Of a stretch of 64,000 bases of DNA, positions 1 to 18,019 are shown piece after piece. Numbering within the stretch: the first letter of the stretch is position 1; each line of letters starts with the position of its first letter. Origin of the DNA: the human T2T-CHM13v2.0 reference genome, Homo sapiens. The DNA is taken from assembly GCF_009914755.1 (NCBI RefSeq), contig NC_060939.1, one strand, 5' to 3'. Below the pieces are notes generated by a model. That model saw nothing but the letters and a program-made list of their open reading frames with translations, was not told the origin of the DNA and did not search any database. The translations under genes and the position numbers were made by a program.

Positions 1-494
1 GACAGAGCAAGACCCTGTCTCAAAAAAAATTTTTTTTAATAAAATAAAATACAATGATTCCCCTGTGAAGGGAATTCACAAAGCATCCCTCCAGAAGATA
101 CCTTAAGAGCAGGCTGCTGAGTAAGGTCAAGAACTCTTCCCATCTTGGGCCAGCATCATCAGTCCACCTACCTAATAGTGAATGCAATTCTCAAAACTTC
201 TTTTTCTTCCTCTCCATTCCTTAAAAGATATAAGCTCATCCAAAAATGTTTCAGGATACATAATAACATGTACATAGCACTGTGTGGCTTGCAGAATGTT
301 CTCATATACGCACACAGCTCTCATCTGATTATTAGTTTACAGAAAACAGACTTCAATATTAAATGATTCTCCCAAGATTCACCGCCACATCTGTCTCCTG
401 TTACATTCTAGATGTTGATGGCAATGAGACCAGACCCCTCCATTGCTATGTGTTCATGAGAAAAAGGCTTTTTTTCTTCCCCACACTGTCAGAA

Positions 495-765
495 AAGTAC
501 ATGAGATTCTATTTATGGCAAATGTCCAAAAAAGGCAAATCTATAGATTAGAAAGCATATTGGTGGTAGTCTGAGACTGAAGAAGGAAACAAAGAGTGAG
601 AGGAATGGATGGGCATGGGGATCTTTTCGGGGTGATGAAACTGTTCTACCACTGAATTCCAACAATGGCCTCACAACTCTGTAAATTTACTTAAAGTCAT
701 CGAATCGTACACTTAAGATGGGTGAATTTTGTGGTGTACAACCTCAATAAAGGTGTTTAAAAAAA
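495..765 (+). mobile_element. Old L1 (L1MB/ME-type) 3' end
   Basis: ggcaaatctataga...ggggtgatgaaactgttct...acctcaataaa resembles L1M 3' consensus. Confidence 0.7.
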
Positions 766-2269
766 TAATGAGAATCTACAAACACCCCGAATGACTAAAG
801 GCTACTTTGCCATACCTCTCACTTTTGGTGGCTCTATTTATAGTTATCTTCTCTTTAACTAGCAAGGGTCAGCAATCTCCACCAGCAGCAGGGGTTAAAG
901 TTATGAACACTAAAGATTTACATGCACCTGAGTTTCTAAATCACAATGTTTATTCCCCCAAAAATGACAATCATTTCACCTTTTCTCAGCAAGGTAACTT
1001 TCGTTAGCGGAAATGTTAAGCAACAACTTGGCTTAGCAGCTAATTGGCAGAGGAAGAGAAAATCCTGGGAATAAAACTGGCTAGGAAGTAACTGAGGGTA
1101 CTGCGGGGTGAGGTGGCCTCTGGAGAGGGAAAAAGACAGGCAAGCTGCCTGGAGGAAGCAAAGAGAAAAAAGAAAAAGTTTATGCAAATCATAGGTCCAC
1201 CTGGCTGCCTCCTTTCCACTTTCAGTTTCTATATGGCTCTCTGGAGGTTTCTCCAGGGTTTCTGCACAAAAATTCACGGTGGCAGCCTAGAGCTGGTCAA
1301 TTTCCTCCAGAGGCTTGACTCTAACTGAGAGGAGCCAGGATCACTGAAAAAGCAATAGCTAAATCTAGAATACAGGGTTAGGGAAGGAATCTTAATGTCT
1401 CAGTGGAGATAAACACACCCAGGGGAATGCCAGGCCAAGCAAGTTTACGTCTGAGGTTTGAACTATATTTAACGGTTACTCAACCCACCCCAAGTAGTTT
1501 CAGTTTCCCAGACCCACTTCCTCAAATGCCTCTTCCTCTGGTAGAGCTGCTCAAGCCTAAACTTATATGTCATTCCATGTAAAGACCCACTGCTGGTGGA
1601 GGGGAGGAGATGAACACTGAGCACCAGCAAGGGCAGCAGTCTTTTACAGATTTGAGAATGAGCCTCAAACCAAATCTTGCAGTTCAAGTCTTCAGCAGGC
1701 CACACCTCTTCACTCAGCCCCTGCCCTGGATCCTGACTTCCAGGGTCCGCTCAGCTCCATGGCTAGCTACTTCATACCAGTCAAGCTTTCCTGTGGCTGA
1801 AGTCCACATGTATGCGGAGAACTCACAACATGCCAGGCTCCAGGCTAGCCACAGAAGATACAAACATCAATGAAACAAATTCTCTGGCTTCTCAAGTAGC
1901 TAGAAACTACTAGAAAGCAGTAGCTGAAAAACTCACCATGAATAAAAAGAGAACAACATGTATTACCTTCTAGCCCCAGCATCTAGCCCAAGGCCTCAAA
2001 CCAACCAGACTCAATAGAAGTTGGTTAAGAAAATAATGAATGCCAGTTTTTAATGGCTATTAATGGCTAAAAAGGTGATGGTAGGAAAGAGTCATAATGA
2101 TCTTTCCTAAGTCACTAGCAGAAGAACTTGGGTCCATCAGGTGTCAGGCCTAGCCAGCTTCTTGAAACTCCAGATTCTTCTTTCCCATCCCCAGGATGCC
2201 CAGGCCCATCTCTAGGGGAGAGATATTCAAACTAAACAGTAAACAAACAAGCAGAACATTTACAGCATA

Positions 2270-2960
2270 TCAGCAAATCATCCAGACCCCAGCCACATCT
2301 CACCACCTCCTTCCTTCTCTACTGCTTTGGTCCCAGCTGCTATCCTCTCCCACCTGCATTACTGCAAAAGCCACCATCTTATCTGGTTTCCTTGCTTGGT
2401 ACTAGCTTCCCTACAAACTATTTTTAAAGCAGCAGCCAGAGTGATCGTTTTAATACACAAGTCAGATTATGTCACTCTTCGGCTCAAACCCCTTAAATGC
2501 ATCCCAACTCAGAGAAAAAGACAAAGCCCTTACAATGGTCTTCAAGGTCCAAAGTGATCTAGTCCAACTATACCCCACTGCATTCTAAGCACCAGCCACA
2601 GTACTCCTGGAAGGTGCCAATTATGTTCTCACCTCAAGGCCTTTGCACCACTGGTTATTCCTTCTGCCTGGAATGTTCTTCACCAGATATCTGCACAGCT
2701 CCCTCCCTTACCTCCTTCTCAGCAAGGTCTTCCCTGGCCACACCATTTTAAATTCCAGCCATCTCCACGAGCCCTCCCCAACTCCCTCTCCTGCTTGGTT
2801 TTTTTTTCATTATGCTTATCAATATAAGATACATTTTCTTTTTCTACTTACTGTCTCCACTAACTAAAATATAAGCTCTATGAGGACATGGATTTTTATT
2901 TACTCACTATTGTATCACCAGAAAGGTAGCTCTGAGGGAAAGAAAAAAAATTGGATGAAT
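2270..2960 (+). mobile_element. L2 fragment
   Basis: gcagcagccagagtgatc...gtcagattatgtcactc motifs of the L2 3' region. Confidence 0.75.
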
Positions 2961-3119
2961 GATAAATACTGTTAGGAAAACATGGCAGGGAAGTTGGGGA
3001 GGAGCGCTGGGGGACTAGGGAGAAAGGCTACAATTTGACATAGAGTGCGCAGAAAAGGCCTTAAGAATGAGATATTTAAGCAAAGACTTGAAGGCAATGA
3101 GGGAACAAATCACTCAGCC

Positions 3120-3298
3120 AGAATCAGCTCCATCATTCGCCCAGGGCCAGTAAAAAAATATGAAAATGTGAGGCCCTTGTTCACAAACTATTAAAAATTT
3201 CAAGAGATGACAGTAGAGCATTAAACCAAGTGTGAGGCCCTTCTAAGCATGGGGTCTTGTGTGACTGCGCAGGTCACATGCCCATGAAGCTAGCCCTG
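3120..3298 (-). mobile_element. MER45-like hAT remnant
   Basis: Terminal gcaggtcacatgcccatgaagctagccctg resembles reverse complement of MER45 end. Confidence 0.55.
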
Positions 3299-3408
3299 TA
3301 TCCAGCTATTAGAGAAAGACAGATGGAACAGCAAGTGCAAGAACCCCAAGGAAGAACAGTGCTTTGGGAACAAGCAAAGCAGCCATGCTTGTTAAAAATG
3401 GAGACTCT

Positions 3409-3781
<373 letters not shown>

Positions 3782-4399
3782 TTATTTTTAGTTTGCCCCA
3801 GAGTATTCCTGTCCTGCCCAGGCCAATTTGAGGAACATGGATCTATTCTCACATCCTGAGATATGCCCTGCTGCCAGCCCTTCAGCACCACTTCAGAAAA
3901 TGGCTCCCAGCTTGTTACCCTTGTAATCCAGGGCTGGCAACCAGGTCTCCATCTTCACCCCCTTGTCGGAGTCTCTGTTCTGGGAACTTCCTTGTACCTA
4001 GACTACGACTGGCTCTTAATCAGTCTTCCACCAAAGGACTGAAGTCCTGCCTGACACCCAGCTGGGTGGCTGAGGAGTTGCCATGGAGAGACAGGCTTTC
4101 CTGAGAGTTTCTGCTCATCTGTGCAAGATTGACAGACATGGTATGTTAAGGTCAACTGTTTGCTGAACTGACTTAATTTCTAGGTGCACTGCCTTGAGTC
4201 TCTAAGCCTCCAATATCTCATTTTCGACCTTTTAAAACAATCATTTAAATATGTTGTAGATGGTCTTGCCAGTCAACAACAGAAACCTAATTTGCTCAAC
4301 TTCTTTCTGTTCAGTCAGAAGAAAAATATTTTTCTGCCTTTTTAGCTTCCACCTTAAAATCTCACAATGAGTAAACCTAATTAATATCTGCAGATATTA

Positions 4400-4692
4400 G
4401 ACCAGTGCAGTGGCTCACACCTGTAGGCCCAGCACTTTGGGAGGCTGAGGTGGGTGGATTGCTTGAGCCCAGGAGTTCCAGACCAGCCTGGGCAACATAA
4501 TGAGACCCCATTTCTACAAAAAATACAAAAATTAGCTGGGCATGTGGCTTGAGCCTGTAGTCCCAACTCCTCAGGAGGCCGAGGTGGGAAGATCACTTGA
4601 GCAGCGGCAGCTGAGGCTGCAGTGAGCCATGTTAGTGCCACTGCACTCCAGCCTGGGTAACAGAGTGAGACCCTGTCTCAAAAAAAAAAAAA
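4400..4692 (+). mobile_element. AluJ
   Basis: Dimeric Alu, A-tail, imperfect TSD atctg(c/a)agatatta. Confidence 0.9.
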
Positions 4693-4841
4693 ATCTGAAG
4701 ATATTAAAACAAGAATATCACTTCACTGTTATGGTAAGTATTATCACTTTCACTGATTCTATATTACCAGTGGAGGAGTCTCTAAAAATTTTATCAACTA
4801 TAAGCCAGGGCCCAAAGTAATGAGAAATACATGTAATAAAC

Positions 4842-5040
4842 CAGTTGTCCTCAACCAGGGGTAAATTTGCCTTCTAGAGAACATCCGGCAATGCCTGAAT
4901 AGGGGTGGGAGAGTGCTACTGGCATCTAGTGGGTAGAGGCCAGAGATGCTGCTAAATATTCTACACTGCACAGGACAACCCCGTGCAACAAAGAGTTATC
5001 TGGTCTATAACATCAACAGTGCTGAGGTTGGGAAACCCTG
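4842..5040 (+). mobile_element. MER20 (hAT-Charlie)
   Basis: tgctactggcatctagtgggtagaggccagagatgctgctaaa core; CAG...CTG termini; 8-bp TSD taataaac/taatgaac. Confidence 0.88.
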
Positions 5041-5559
5041 TAATGAACTATGTGTCACTATCAATTATAGTTCCTGATTCATTATACTTGTGTTTAATAT
5101 CTTAAAATCAAAAGTCTTTATAAAAGCAACGAAAAATCTGATCTACACTTTAATTTTAAAAAGGGGTAATGAGGTTATGAGTAATAGGATCTATATTAGA
5201 CATAACAGGGATTAGAAAGCATTTGATCAAAGGTGGAAAACTGCAGTAAACAGATGTATAAGAGTTATCTATAATCAACTCAAGTGAAACCACAGACGGC
5301 TGTGGGTCACAGAGAGATTGCACGGGAAGACAGCATGGGAAATAACACTCTTCTGCATGTCATAGATTTTTAGGTGCTGTCACTAGCCTAGTAAGGCAAG
5401 ATGCCTGAAAACCAGATAGAAAAGACTGTCCTCCTTCAGTAGCCAGGATGCTGAGAGAGCTCCTGATAAGACTAAGATAAAAATAAGGATGGATATCAAA
5501 AGTAATATCTAGAGGAAAGCAAATGCTTTATCACTGTTAATTCAAGCTGGTCTCAATGA

Positions 5560-5715
5560 ATGATCATACTTGGAAAATATCCTTACCTCTCATCCATCTT
5601 CTCATCTGTAAAAAGATTAATTACACCTACCTCCTGGGCTTATTGTGAAAGTTAAATAAGATAAAGATGAAACAAGACAAACGCAATGCCTGCCACACAG
5701 GAGGCATTCAGCAGA
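5560..5715 (+). mobile_element. MIR
   Basis: ctcatctgtaaaa...cctacctc...ttgtgaaagttaaataagat core. Confidence 0.7.
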
Positions 5716-6861
5716 GGGTAGCTACTGGTATTTCCCAACTTCGCTTTCCTCTGCCTCTGACTCAAACCAGGCCCCATTAAGGCACATAGAGAATTGTAGC
5801 TCTATGTTCACATGTATAGAACTCCCAAGAGGGCAGAATGGGGCTCTCCATGGCATGATAGAGTCAATACATGACTGCACAGCAAGGTCCCTTTCAAAAT
5901 ATTTCAAAGATAGAAGGACCTGATAGGTAAACATATACCGGCTTAAATATGCAAAATACATTCTCCTTCATACTGATGCTCCTTCATTCGGTAAAGGGCC
6001 AGAAAGAGTTTCACTTTAAGGGAAAGATATAGATAAGATCCTCTTTCTTCCCATTGCTGTCTAAGGTGCTTCAGGAAAGAACACTGAAAACTGATACAGA
6101 TCCCAAATGTAAAAAGGCCATCACATAGCTCACAGTTAATTATAAGTAATTTTAATGAAACAATTTGTTCCCTCAGGTTTCCATGTTCTTCCCAGAGGTG
6201 TAATGCTATACACCCAAGACACGCACACTTATAAATTTGTAATAAACGCAGCCCTCCAGCTCACCTACACCACAGTTCTTGGCTGCTGCTTAGCGACAGG
6301 TGTCACATTCGCGGTTGCCAGTGAGCCCAGAGGGTGTAATTTCACTTCTACATAAAGAAGCATAATCGATAGAACCAGAACCACCCAGTAGGAACAACTG
6401 CACCATTCCTGACTCATCACGGAGCTTGTTTTCACAGACAACAAAATTCACCTCAGTTGGGCTTTGCGTAAATATAGAGTAGTGTGATGGGGCCTGCAAA
6501 TTGGGTGAAGGTGGTTCACGGGGATGCCAAAGCCCTAGTCCTCTTCGGCCTCCCTCACGCGACAGATCTAGTCTGAGCCTGGGCGGGGCACCGGGAACTC
6601 GATGCAGCTACCTAGGGAGGGAGCCCTGGCGGTCCGCCCCTCCCGCTGCAGGACCAGCTTTGGCGACCACTGCGGTGGCCAGCAGCGCGCGCTGAGCGAG
6701 CCCTGGGAGCCGAGCCGCCCGGGGACGCACGGCCGTCCCTGCGACTCCCCATCCCCCAAACCCCCACCCGCAGTCCCACCCCCACCCCCACCGCACCCCG
6801 AGCCGCACCGCCTCCTGCGCGGTAGCTGCCAGCCCGGGCCGCGGCGGCGCGCCCTGCTCAC

Positions 6862-7134
6862 CGTGACACCGTACTTGAGCGCGATGCCCTGCAGCGTGTC
6901 GCCCGCGCGGACCCGGTGCTCCACATGGCGCTCGATGACGCCGGCGCCCAGCGGCGCCCGCACGCTGGCGGTGCTGCCGTACGAGCGGGTCTTGGTGCGG
7001 GCCAGGCTCAGCGACAGCTCGGCCTCCTCGGACTCGGAGCCGGAGCGCGAGCGCGGCGGCGGCGAGGGGGCCGAGGGCCGCGGCGCGCGGGGGCCGCCTT
7101 CCCGCAGGGACAGTGCGGGCGAGGAATCCGCCAT
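6862..7134 (-). CDS. LYSMD2: LysM domain-containing protein 2, coding exon 1 (codons 1-91, phase 0)
   Basis: Translation MADSSPALSLREGG...HRVRAGDTLQGIALKYGVT matches recalled LYSMD2 N-terminus and first half of a LysM motif; ATG at 7134; donor ACG|GTGAGC at 6862/6861; 273 nt. Downstream exons are off the left edge. Confidence 0.95.
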
Positions 7135-7182
7135 GGGTCCTGCCGAGGCCGCCGGGTCGGGGAGCTTGCCAAGGGGGCGGCG

Positions 7183-7211
7183 CCTCCTCCTCCTCCGCCG
7201 CCGCCGCCGCC
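7183..7211. repeat. (CCT)4(CCG)5 compound triplet repeat in LYSMD2 5' leader
   Basis: Read directly from sequence. Confidence 0.9.
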
Positions 7212-9167
7212 TCTTCCTCTTCACAGGGGCTGCAGCAGGCCGTTCCGCGGGGGCGGCGGACGGGAAGCCGAGGCGGGGAGCCGCAGGCCGGGCATGGCGG
7301 GCGCCTCCTCCTCTGCGTCCTGCCTGCCCCGGGCTCCCGCGGCACACGCACCTGCAAGGTTAAGAGCGAAAGCAGCTCCCGCCGCGGCCTGCCGGTACCG
7401 GGAAGACCCTGCAGAGCGAGGGAGCCGGGGAGCGCTGAAGCCCGCGGCCGTTGGGGCTAAGAGAGGGCTATCTGCAGGCGTCCTAGGCCCCAGGTGGACC
7501 CCTGCTCCATTGGCGATAGAGCCCTGGCAGAACCCTGCCCTGGCCACGGCGAAAAAAAAAAAAAGCGTTGCTCTGCCTCCTTTATTGATTCCCCAGCAGG
7601 AGCCAGCTTGCACAGACCTTCCAGCTCTGCCAATGCCAAGGGTACTTCCCTCCCCCCACCCCAGTGACCTCAAAGTCCACGTCACAGTAAAACTTAAGAT
7701 CATCAAACACACACAGACAGCTTCTCCAGGTCCATCTCAACAGCCTCAGAGTCCAGTCCTTTCAACATTGCACTAGGAGGGATAGTGCTTCTAAGGCCTA
7801 ATGGGTGGCCTCAAAATAACCCCCCTAGTTGTTCGGGTTTCACACTTTGTACACTAGTGCCAATTTAAGTCCTGGCTGCCTCGAAAGGCTGGCCACATAC
7901 AATTCATTCTCCAGGCTCAGTAGTTGGAATTTACTGTCTGCATTCATCTTCTCTTCGTCAGTTTATTCTTTGACACCCTGAAATCGCATCTCCCTGCCCC
8001 GTATTGCTATTAATATTATAACCACCAAAGACCTCTTATCTGTACTCTTCATTTGAACACCGTCTACTCTTGAACACCCTTTCAACACACTGTATTATAC
8101 ACAGAGTGGGTACACATTTACTAGCATCTAGTGCCTGGTTTCTGTGTTATTTTGGACAGCTTTCCAAGAAGAGGTACCTTGTAGGAAGGTCCGGAGCCTG
8201 GGGGTTTGATTCGTTGGCTGAAGTTTTGGTATGTTGCTGTGCTGGACAGAGGCAAAGCTAATATTGCTCAGGAGAGAAAGGATGGGAGAGGAGCAAGCTT
8301 CCACAACACCATCCCACTCAAAACTCCTACAATGGCTCTCTGGGGACAACAGCATTACTAAAAACCTACATTGGCATTCAAGCTATTATTTCTATTTTTA
8401 TTATTCATGGTCTGACCATACCCCATCTATAACTCATTCTGTATACTCTACATATTCCTGCCAAACAGAGCCTCTGAAACTGGCCTCCTTGTTCCTACTT
8501 TCATACCTTGCATGTTATTCCCTCCAATGGTAACACTCTTCCAGTACCCTCTATTACATTGTTTAAATCTTTAAGGTCTGTCTCAAATGATACATCCTCC
8601 ATGAGATTTTTCCTAATTCTTCCCAATGGTCCCTTTTTCCCACCTGCCCAACTGTTACTGTTTCTTCTTTGAACTCCAAGAGGTTTGTATTAATACCTCT
8701 GGTTTAGTATTTAACTCTCTGTGTTTTGTGTTTGTACTTGCATGTACATGCATGAGCTTGTCTTATCTCCTCCAACAAATACGTGCTCCTGGGAGGCATA
8801 ACTGGGTCTTACTCATCTTTTTAGCTCCAGCAGTGCCTAGCTCAGTGGAATAAAAAAAAAAATAAATACATAATTACAAGTGGTTGAATTGAGGTGTAGT
8901 AAAAAGATCCTGAATGCTAATTTAGATTGTTTAGCATAAGTCTGCCATGCATAAACTTTTGGGTGGTATCCAGTGTGTCCATTTCAGGACCCAAGAGAGA
9001 GGCAGAATCTGAGTCTCAGTATATAGACAAGATCTGGTAATGTTTCAAGAAAGAAGTCTCTTCCTTCAAAGAGTTTACAATCTAGGAATGAGACAGCATA
9101 TAATGTTTTCCACTAAGAAAAAGTTTACTGCATGGCTGGAAGTTTTAATCTGAAGATTAAAGAACTG

Positions 9168-9770
<603 letters not shown>

Positions 9771-9879
9771 AGGCCTGTTTTTTTGTTTTTTTGTTTTTAA
9801 AAAAAAGAACTGAGTTACATGAGGTGTTATTAGATGTTCATTGTTTTCCTTCTTAAACCAGAACTTCAAAATTGTTTTA

Positions 9880-10990
9880 ATATGTATCTACCTACAACAT
9901 AGAAGTTCATCACAATTAAAGATGAAACATTAAAAGCATTTCCTTTGAAGGGAATGGTAAGAAAAGGAAGCCTATTACTGCCTCTATTTAACATTGTTTT
10001 GAAGGTCTTTGCCAAGGCAATTTTAAAAAGAAGAAAAGGAAATGAAGATTGAAAAGAAATCAGCTGTTATTTACAGATAGTAGGCAATACTAAAATGTTT
10101 ATAGGCAACACAGATAATGAATACATTGGAACTGTTCAAACAATTGAGAGTTCACCAAAGTTAAAAGATACAAGCTCAATATACAAACATCAATTGCATC
10201 ACTCAATCATATAAGTGTGAAAAAGATGACATTCCACATACCACCAAAAATACCTAGGAATAAATTTAACAAGAGAAAATTGTTCCTGGTGGCGTAGGAG
10301 CAGAAAAAAAAATTTAAGGTAATAAATAAAAAGATAAAAAATAAAAGAAAGAAAGAAAAGTGTGTATTGTATGGAAAATATAAAACTTTTTTGAAGTACA
10401 TAAAAGAAATATAAATAAAAGCAGAGATATACCATGTTTGTGAATGGGAAATGCAAAATAATGAAAATATCATTTTCTTTACAAACTAATGTTAAATTCA
10501 TTAAAATTGCAAACAAAATCTCTATAGCATTCTTCAAAGGATATGACAGAGTTATGCTGACATTCATATGAAAGATAAAGCACTAACAAGGGCCAAGGCA
10601 TTCCTGAGGAAGAATTAGGAAGGAGGCTTACCCTTATAGCCATGAAGACTTAAAACTATGAGAACTAAAGCAATGTGGGACTGGTACTGAGGCAGGAAAA
10701 CATAACAAAGGGACAAGGAAGTAAGCCAGCAAACAGATTCACATATATTGGATAACTTAATCTATAGCAGACGTAAAGTTACATATTCAATAAATGTTGC
10801 TGGAACAGTTAGTTTTCTGTGTGAGAAAAGATGAAATTAGATCCCTGTCTTATACTACACATCAAAATCAATTATAGATTGATTAAAGACATAATTGGGA
10901 AAAGCAAACATTAATGCTTTTGCAACAATATTTTTATAACCTTGGGATAGCAAAGGGTTTTTTAAACAAGATACCAAAATCATATAATTC
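9880..10990 (+). mobile_element. Old L1M ORF2 remnant
   Basis: aaaagcatttccttt, aaatacctaggaataaatttaac and similar ORF2 motifs. Confidence 0.7.
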
Positions 10991-11069
10991 ACACATCACA
11001 TAATTCATCCATTTAAAGTGTATAATTCAATGCTTTTCTGCATATTTATATTACATTACTAATTTCTTG

Positions 11070-14285
<3,216 letters not shown>

Positions 14286-14289
14286 TTAT

Positions 14290-16145
14290 GATAAATGAAA
14301 CAGAGACTAGAAAAACAATCAAGGAAGTCAACAAATCCAAAAGTGTATTCTTTGAAAAGATCGACAAAATTGACAAACCTTTACCTAGACTGACCAAGAA
14401 AAAAAAGAGAAGATTCAAATTCTAAAATCAGAAATAAAAAAGGGGATATTACTACTGATCTTAGAGAAATAAAAAGAATAATAAAGAATGTTATGAACAA
14501 CTGTGTGACAACAAATTAGATAACTTAAATAAAGTGAATGAATTCCTAGAAAGACATGAACTAACAAAACTGACTCAAGAAGAAATACACAATCTGAATA
14601 GACATAGGACAAGCAAACACTGAATTTGTCATTTTTAAACCTCCAACAAAGAAAAGCCAAGACCTAGATAGCTTCATTGGTGATTTATACCAAACATTTA
14701 AAGAAAAACTAATATTAATCTTTTGCAAACACTTCCAAAAAAATAGAACACTTTCTAACTCATTTTATAGTGCCAGTATTACCTTAGTACCAAAACCAAA
14801 GACATAACAAGAAAAAAAAACTACAGACTAATATTTCTTATGAATGTAGACACAAAAATTCTCAACAAAATACTAGCAAGCTAAACCTTGCAACATGTAG
14901 AAAGATTATATACCATGACCAACTGGGATTTATCCCAGGAATTAATGGTAAATTTAACACCTGAAAATCAATGTATTACAATATATTAACAGAATAAAGG
15001 GAAAAACAACCCACAGGACCCTCTCAACAGACACAGAAAAAGTCTTTGATGAAATCCAGCACCCTTTTGTTATAAGAACATTCAACAAAGTGGGAATAAA
15101 CAGGAACTCCCTCAAACTAGCAAGGGATGTTTACCAGTGAACACCATCCAGAAAGTTAAAAACACACACCACACACACACACACAATGGGAGAAAACATT
15201 TGCAAATCGCATATCTAATAAGGCACTTGTGTCTAGAACATATAAAGAACTTTTATAAATCAATAGCAATAAAACAAATAGTCCAACTGAAAAATAAAGT
15301 AGGCAAAGGATTTGAATAGACATTTCTCCAAAGAAGATATAAAATGGCAAGTAAGCACATGAAAAAATGTTCAACATCATTAGTCATTAGGGAAATCATT
15401 AAAATCACAATGAGATACCACTGCATATTAACTAGGATGGCTATAATTTTAAAAAGACATTAACGAGTGTTAGCAAGGATGTGGAGAAATTGGAATTTTC
15501 ACCCACTGCTGGTTAGAATGTAAAATGGTGCAGATACTTTGGAAAACAGTTTGGTGGTCCCTCAATATGCTTCATATAAAGTTACCATATGACACAGTAA
15601 TTGCACTCCTAGATATATACCCAAGAGAAATAAAAATATATCTGTACAAAAATTTGTATATGAGTGTGCATAGCAACATTATTCATAACAGCAAAACTGT
15701 GGAAGCAGTCTAAATGTCCATCCACTGATGAACAGATAAACAAAATGTGGTCTATCCATGCAATGAATTCTATTTGGCCATAAAAAAGAATAAAGTACTA
15801 ATGTGTATTACAACATGGATGAACCCTAAAAATATTATAATTAGGGAAAGAAGCCAGTCATAAAAGACAACATGTTGTATGATTCCATTTACGTGAAATA
15901 TCCAGAATAAGCAAATCTAGAGAAGACAAAAAATAAATTTGTGATTGCCAGAGTCTGGGTGTGTAGGGGGAATGAGGAATGAGTGCTAACATGTCTGTGG
16001 TTTCTTCTGAAGTTTTGAAAACGTTCTAAAGTTATAATAGATTGGGAGATAGTTACACAACTCTGTGAATATACTAAAAACCATTGAACTGTGCATTTTA
16101 AAAAGGTGAATTTATGATATGTGAAATATGTCTTAACAAAACTGT
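14290..16145 (+). mobile_element. Old L1M (ORF2 part, internal deletion, 3' end)
   Basis: tgaatagacatttctccaaagaagatata, PYD..IALL.IYP.E peptide, L1MB-type 3' end. Confidence 0.8.
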
Positions 16146-16409
16146 ATTTAGAGAGAGAGAAAGAGAGAGAATGGTTTAATAAAGCTCCAACACTCAGCTT
16201 CAACCATTATCAACTCATGGCCAATCATTTCATCTATACCCCACCCCACCACTCTACCCCGTCTCCCACACTCGATAATTTTTAAAGTAAATTCCTGATA
16301 TTATTTCTTCTGTAAATAATCAGTTTATCGCTCCAAAAAGTAAGGACTCTTCAAAAAAATAATCATGATACTGTTGTCACATCAAAAAATTTTTTAAAAT
16401 AACACCTTA

Positions 16410-17035
<626 letters not shown>

Positions 17036-17502
17036 TTAATATAATCAAATATTCTGTGTTCACATTTTCCCTAATTGTCTCATTAATGTGAATTTTTAAC
17101 AGCTGCTTTCTCAAATTAAGATCACACATTACATTTTGTTATTTGTCTCTTGAATTTCTGTGTATCTATAAGCTTTCTCTCCTTTTATTTTTCTTGCAAT
17201 TTATTTATTGAAGAATCAGTTGTTTGTCATGTAGAGCTTCCTATATTTTGGATTTTGCTGATTGCATCACTGTGGTATCATTTAACATGATCATGATTAC
17301 ATAGTAATTAGCTTTTAGATGTTTGCTGTCAATTATACTACACATACGATTTAATTCATAATTCATCAACATAGTCACTGCTCCTTTAGTCTTTATCATC
17401 CACCATATCCTTTGAAGCATCTTTGACACAAATTATCTCAGTTAGTCTTTCTAATAACCCCATGTGGTAAGTATTATTATCCTCAGTTTAAGAGATGAAG
17501 AA

Positions 17503-17795
17503 GGCCGGGCCCGGTGGCTCACGCCTGTGATCCCAGCACTTTGGGAGGCCGAGGCAGGTGGATCACAAGGTCAGGAGATCGACACCATCCTGGTCAACAT
17601 GGTGAAACCCCGTCTCTACTAAAATACAAAGAATTAGGCGGGTGTAGTGGCAGCACCTGTAGTCCCAGCTACTCAGGAGGCTGAGGCAGGGGAATCGCTT
17701 GAACCCAGAGGTTGCAGTGAGCCAAGATCGCACCACTGCACTCCAGCCTGGTGACAGAACAAGACTCCGTCTCAAAAAAAAAAAAAAAAAAAAAA
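17503..17795 (+). mobile_element. AluSc-like inserted in a minus-strand MIR
   Basis: TSD agatgaagaa; MIR sequence on both flanks. Confidence 0.88.
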
Positions 17796-18019
17796 GATGA
17801 AGAAAATGAGGCTTAAGGGAGGTTACAGAACTTGGCCATAGTCATTGTGCCAGTAAATATCTGGGTTCAAACTCTCTGATGTTAAAACCCATGTTGTTAT
17901 CTGTTATATGATAATATCCCATCACATTGCCTGTGGTTTGTGGTGGTTGTTTTTAATCAACTCTAGGAAGCAGTCTTTCAGTCCATCCAAAGAATGTACT
18001 TTCACATTTCATCTTTAAC

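Larger units (their letters stand above)
6520..7560. promoter_or_regulatory. CpG island / proximal LYSMD2 promoter
   Basis: Very high GC and CpG density around exon 1. Confidence 0.9.

Noticed and set aside
4842-5040. MER20 copies as functional regulatory elements
   Set aside because: The family has known enhancer/insulator exaptations but nothing in the sequence singles out these two copies
6602-7776. Long overlapping ORFs (249-286 aa) on both strands
   Set aside because: By-product of stop-poor GC-rich CpG island; only the LYSMD2 frame has a recognisable protein and splice donor
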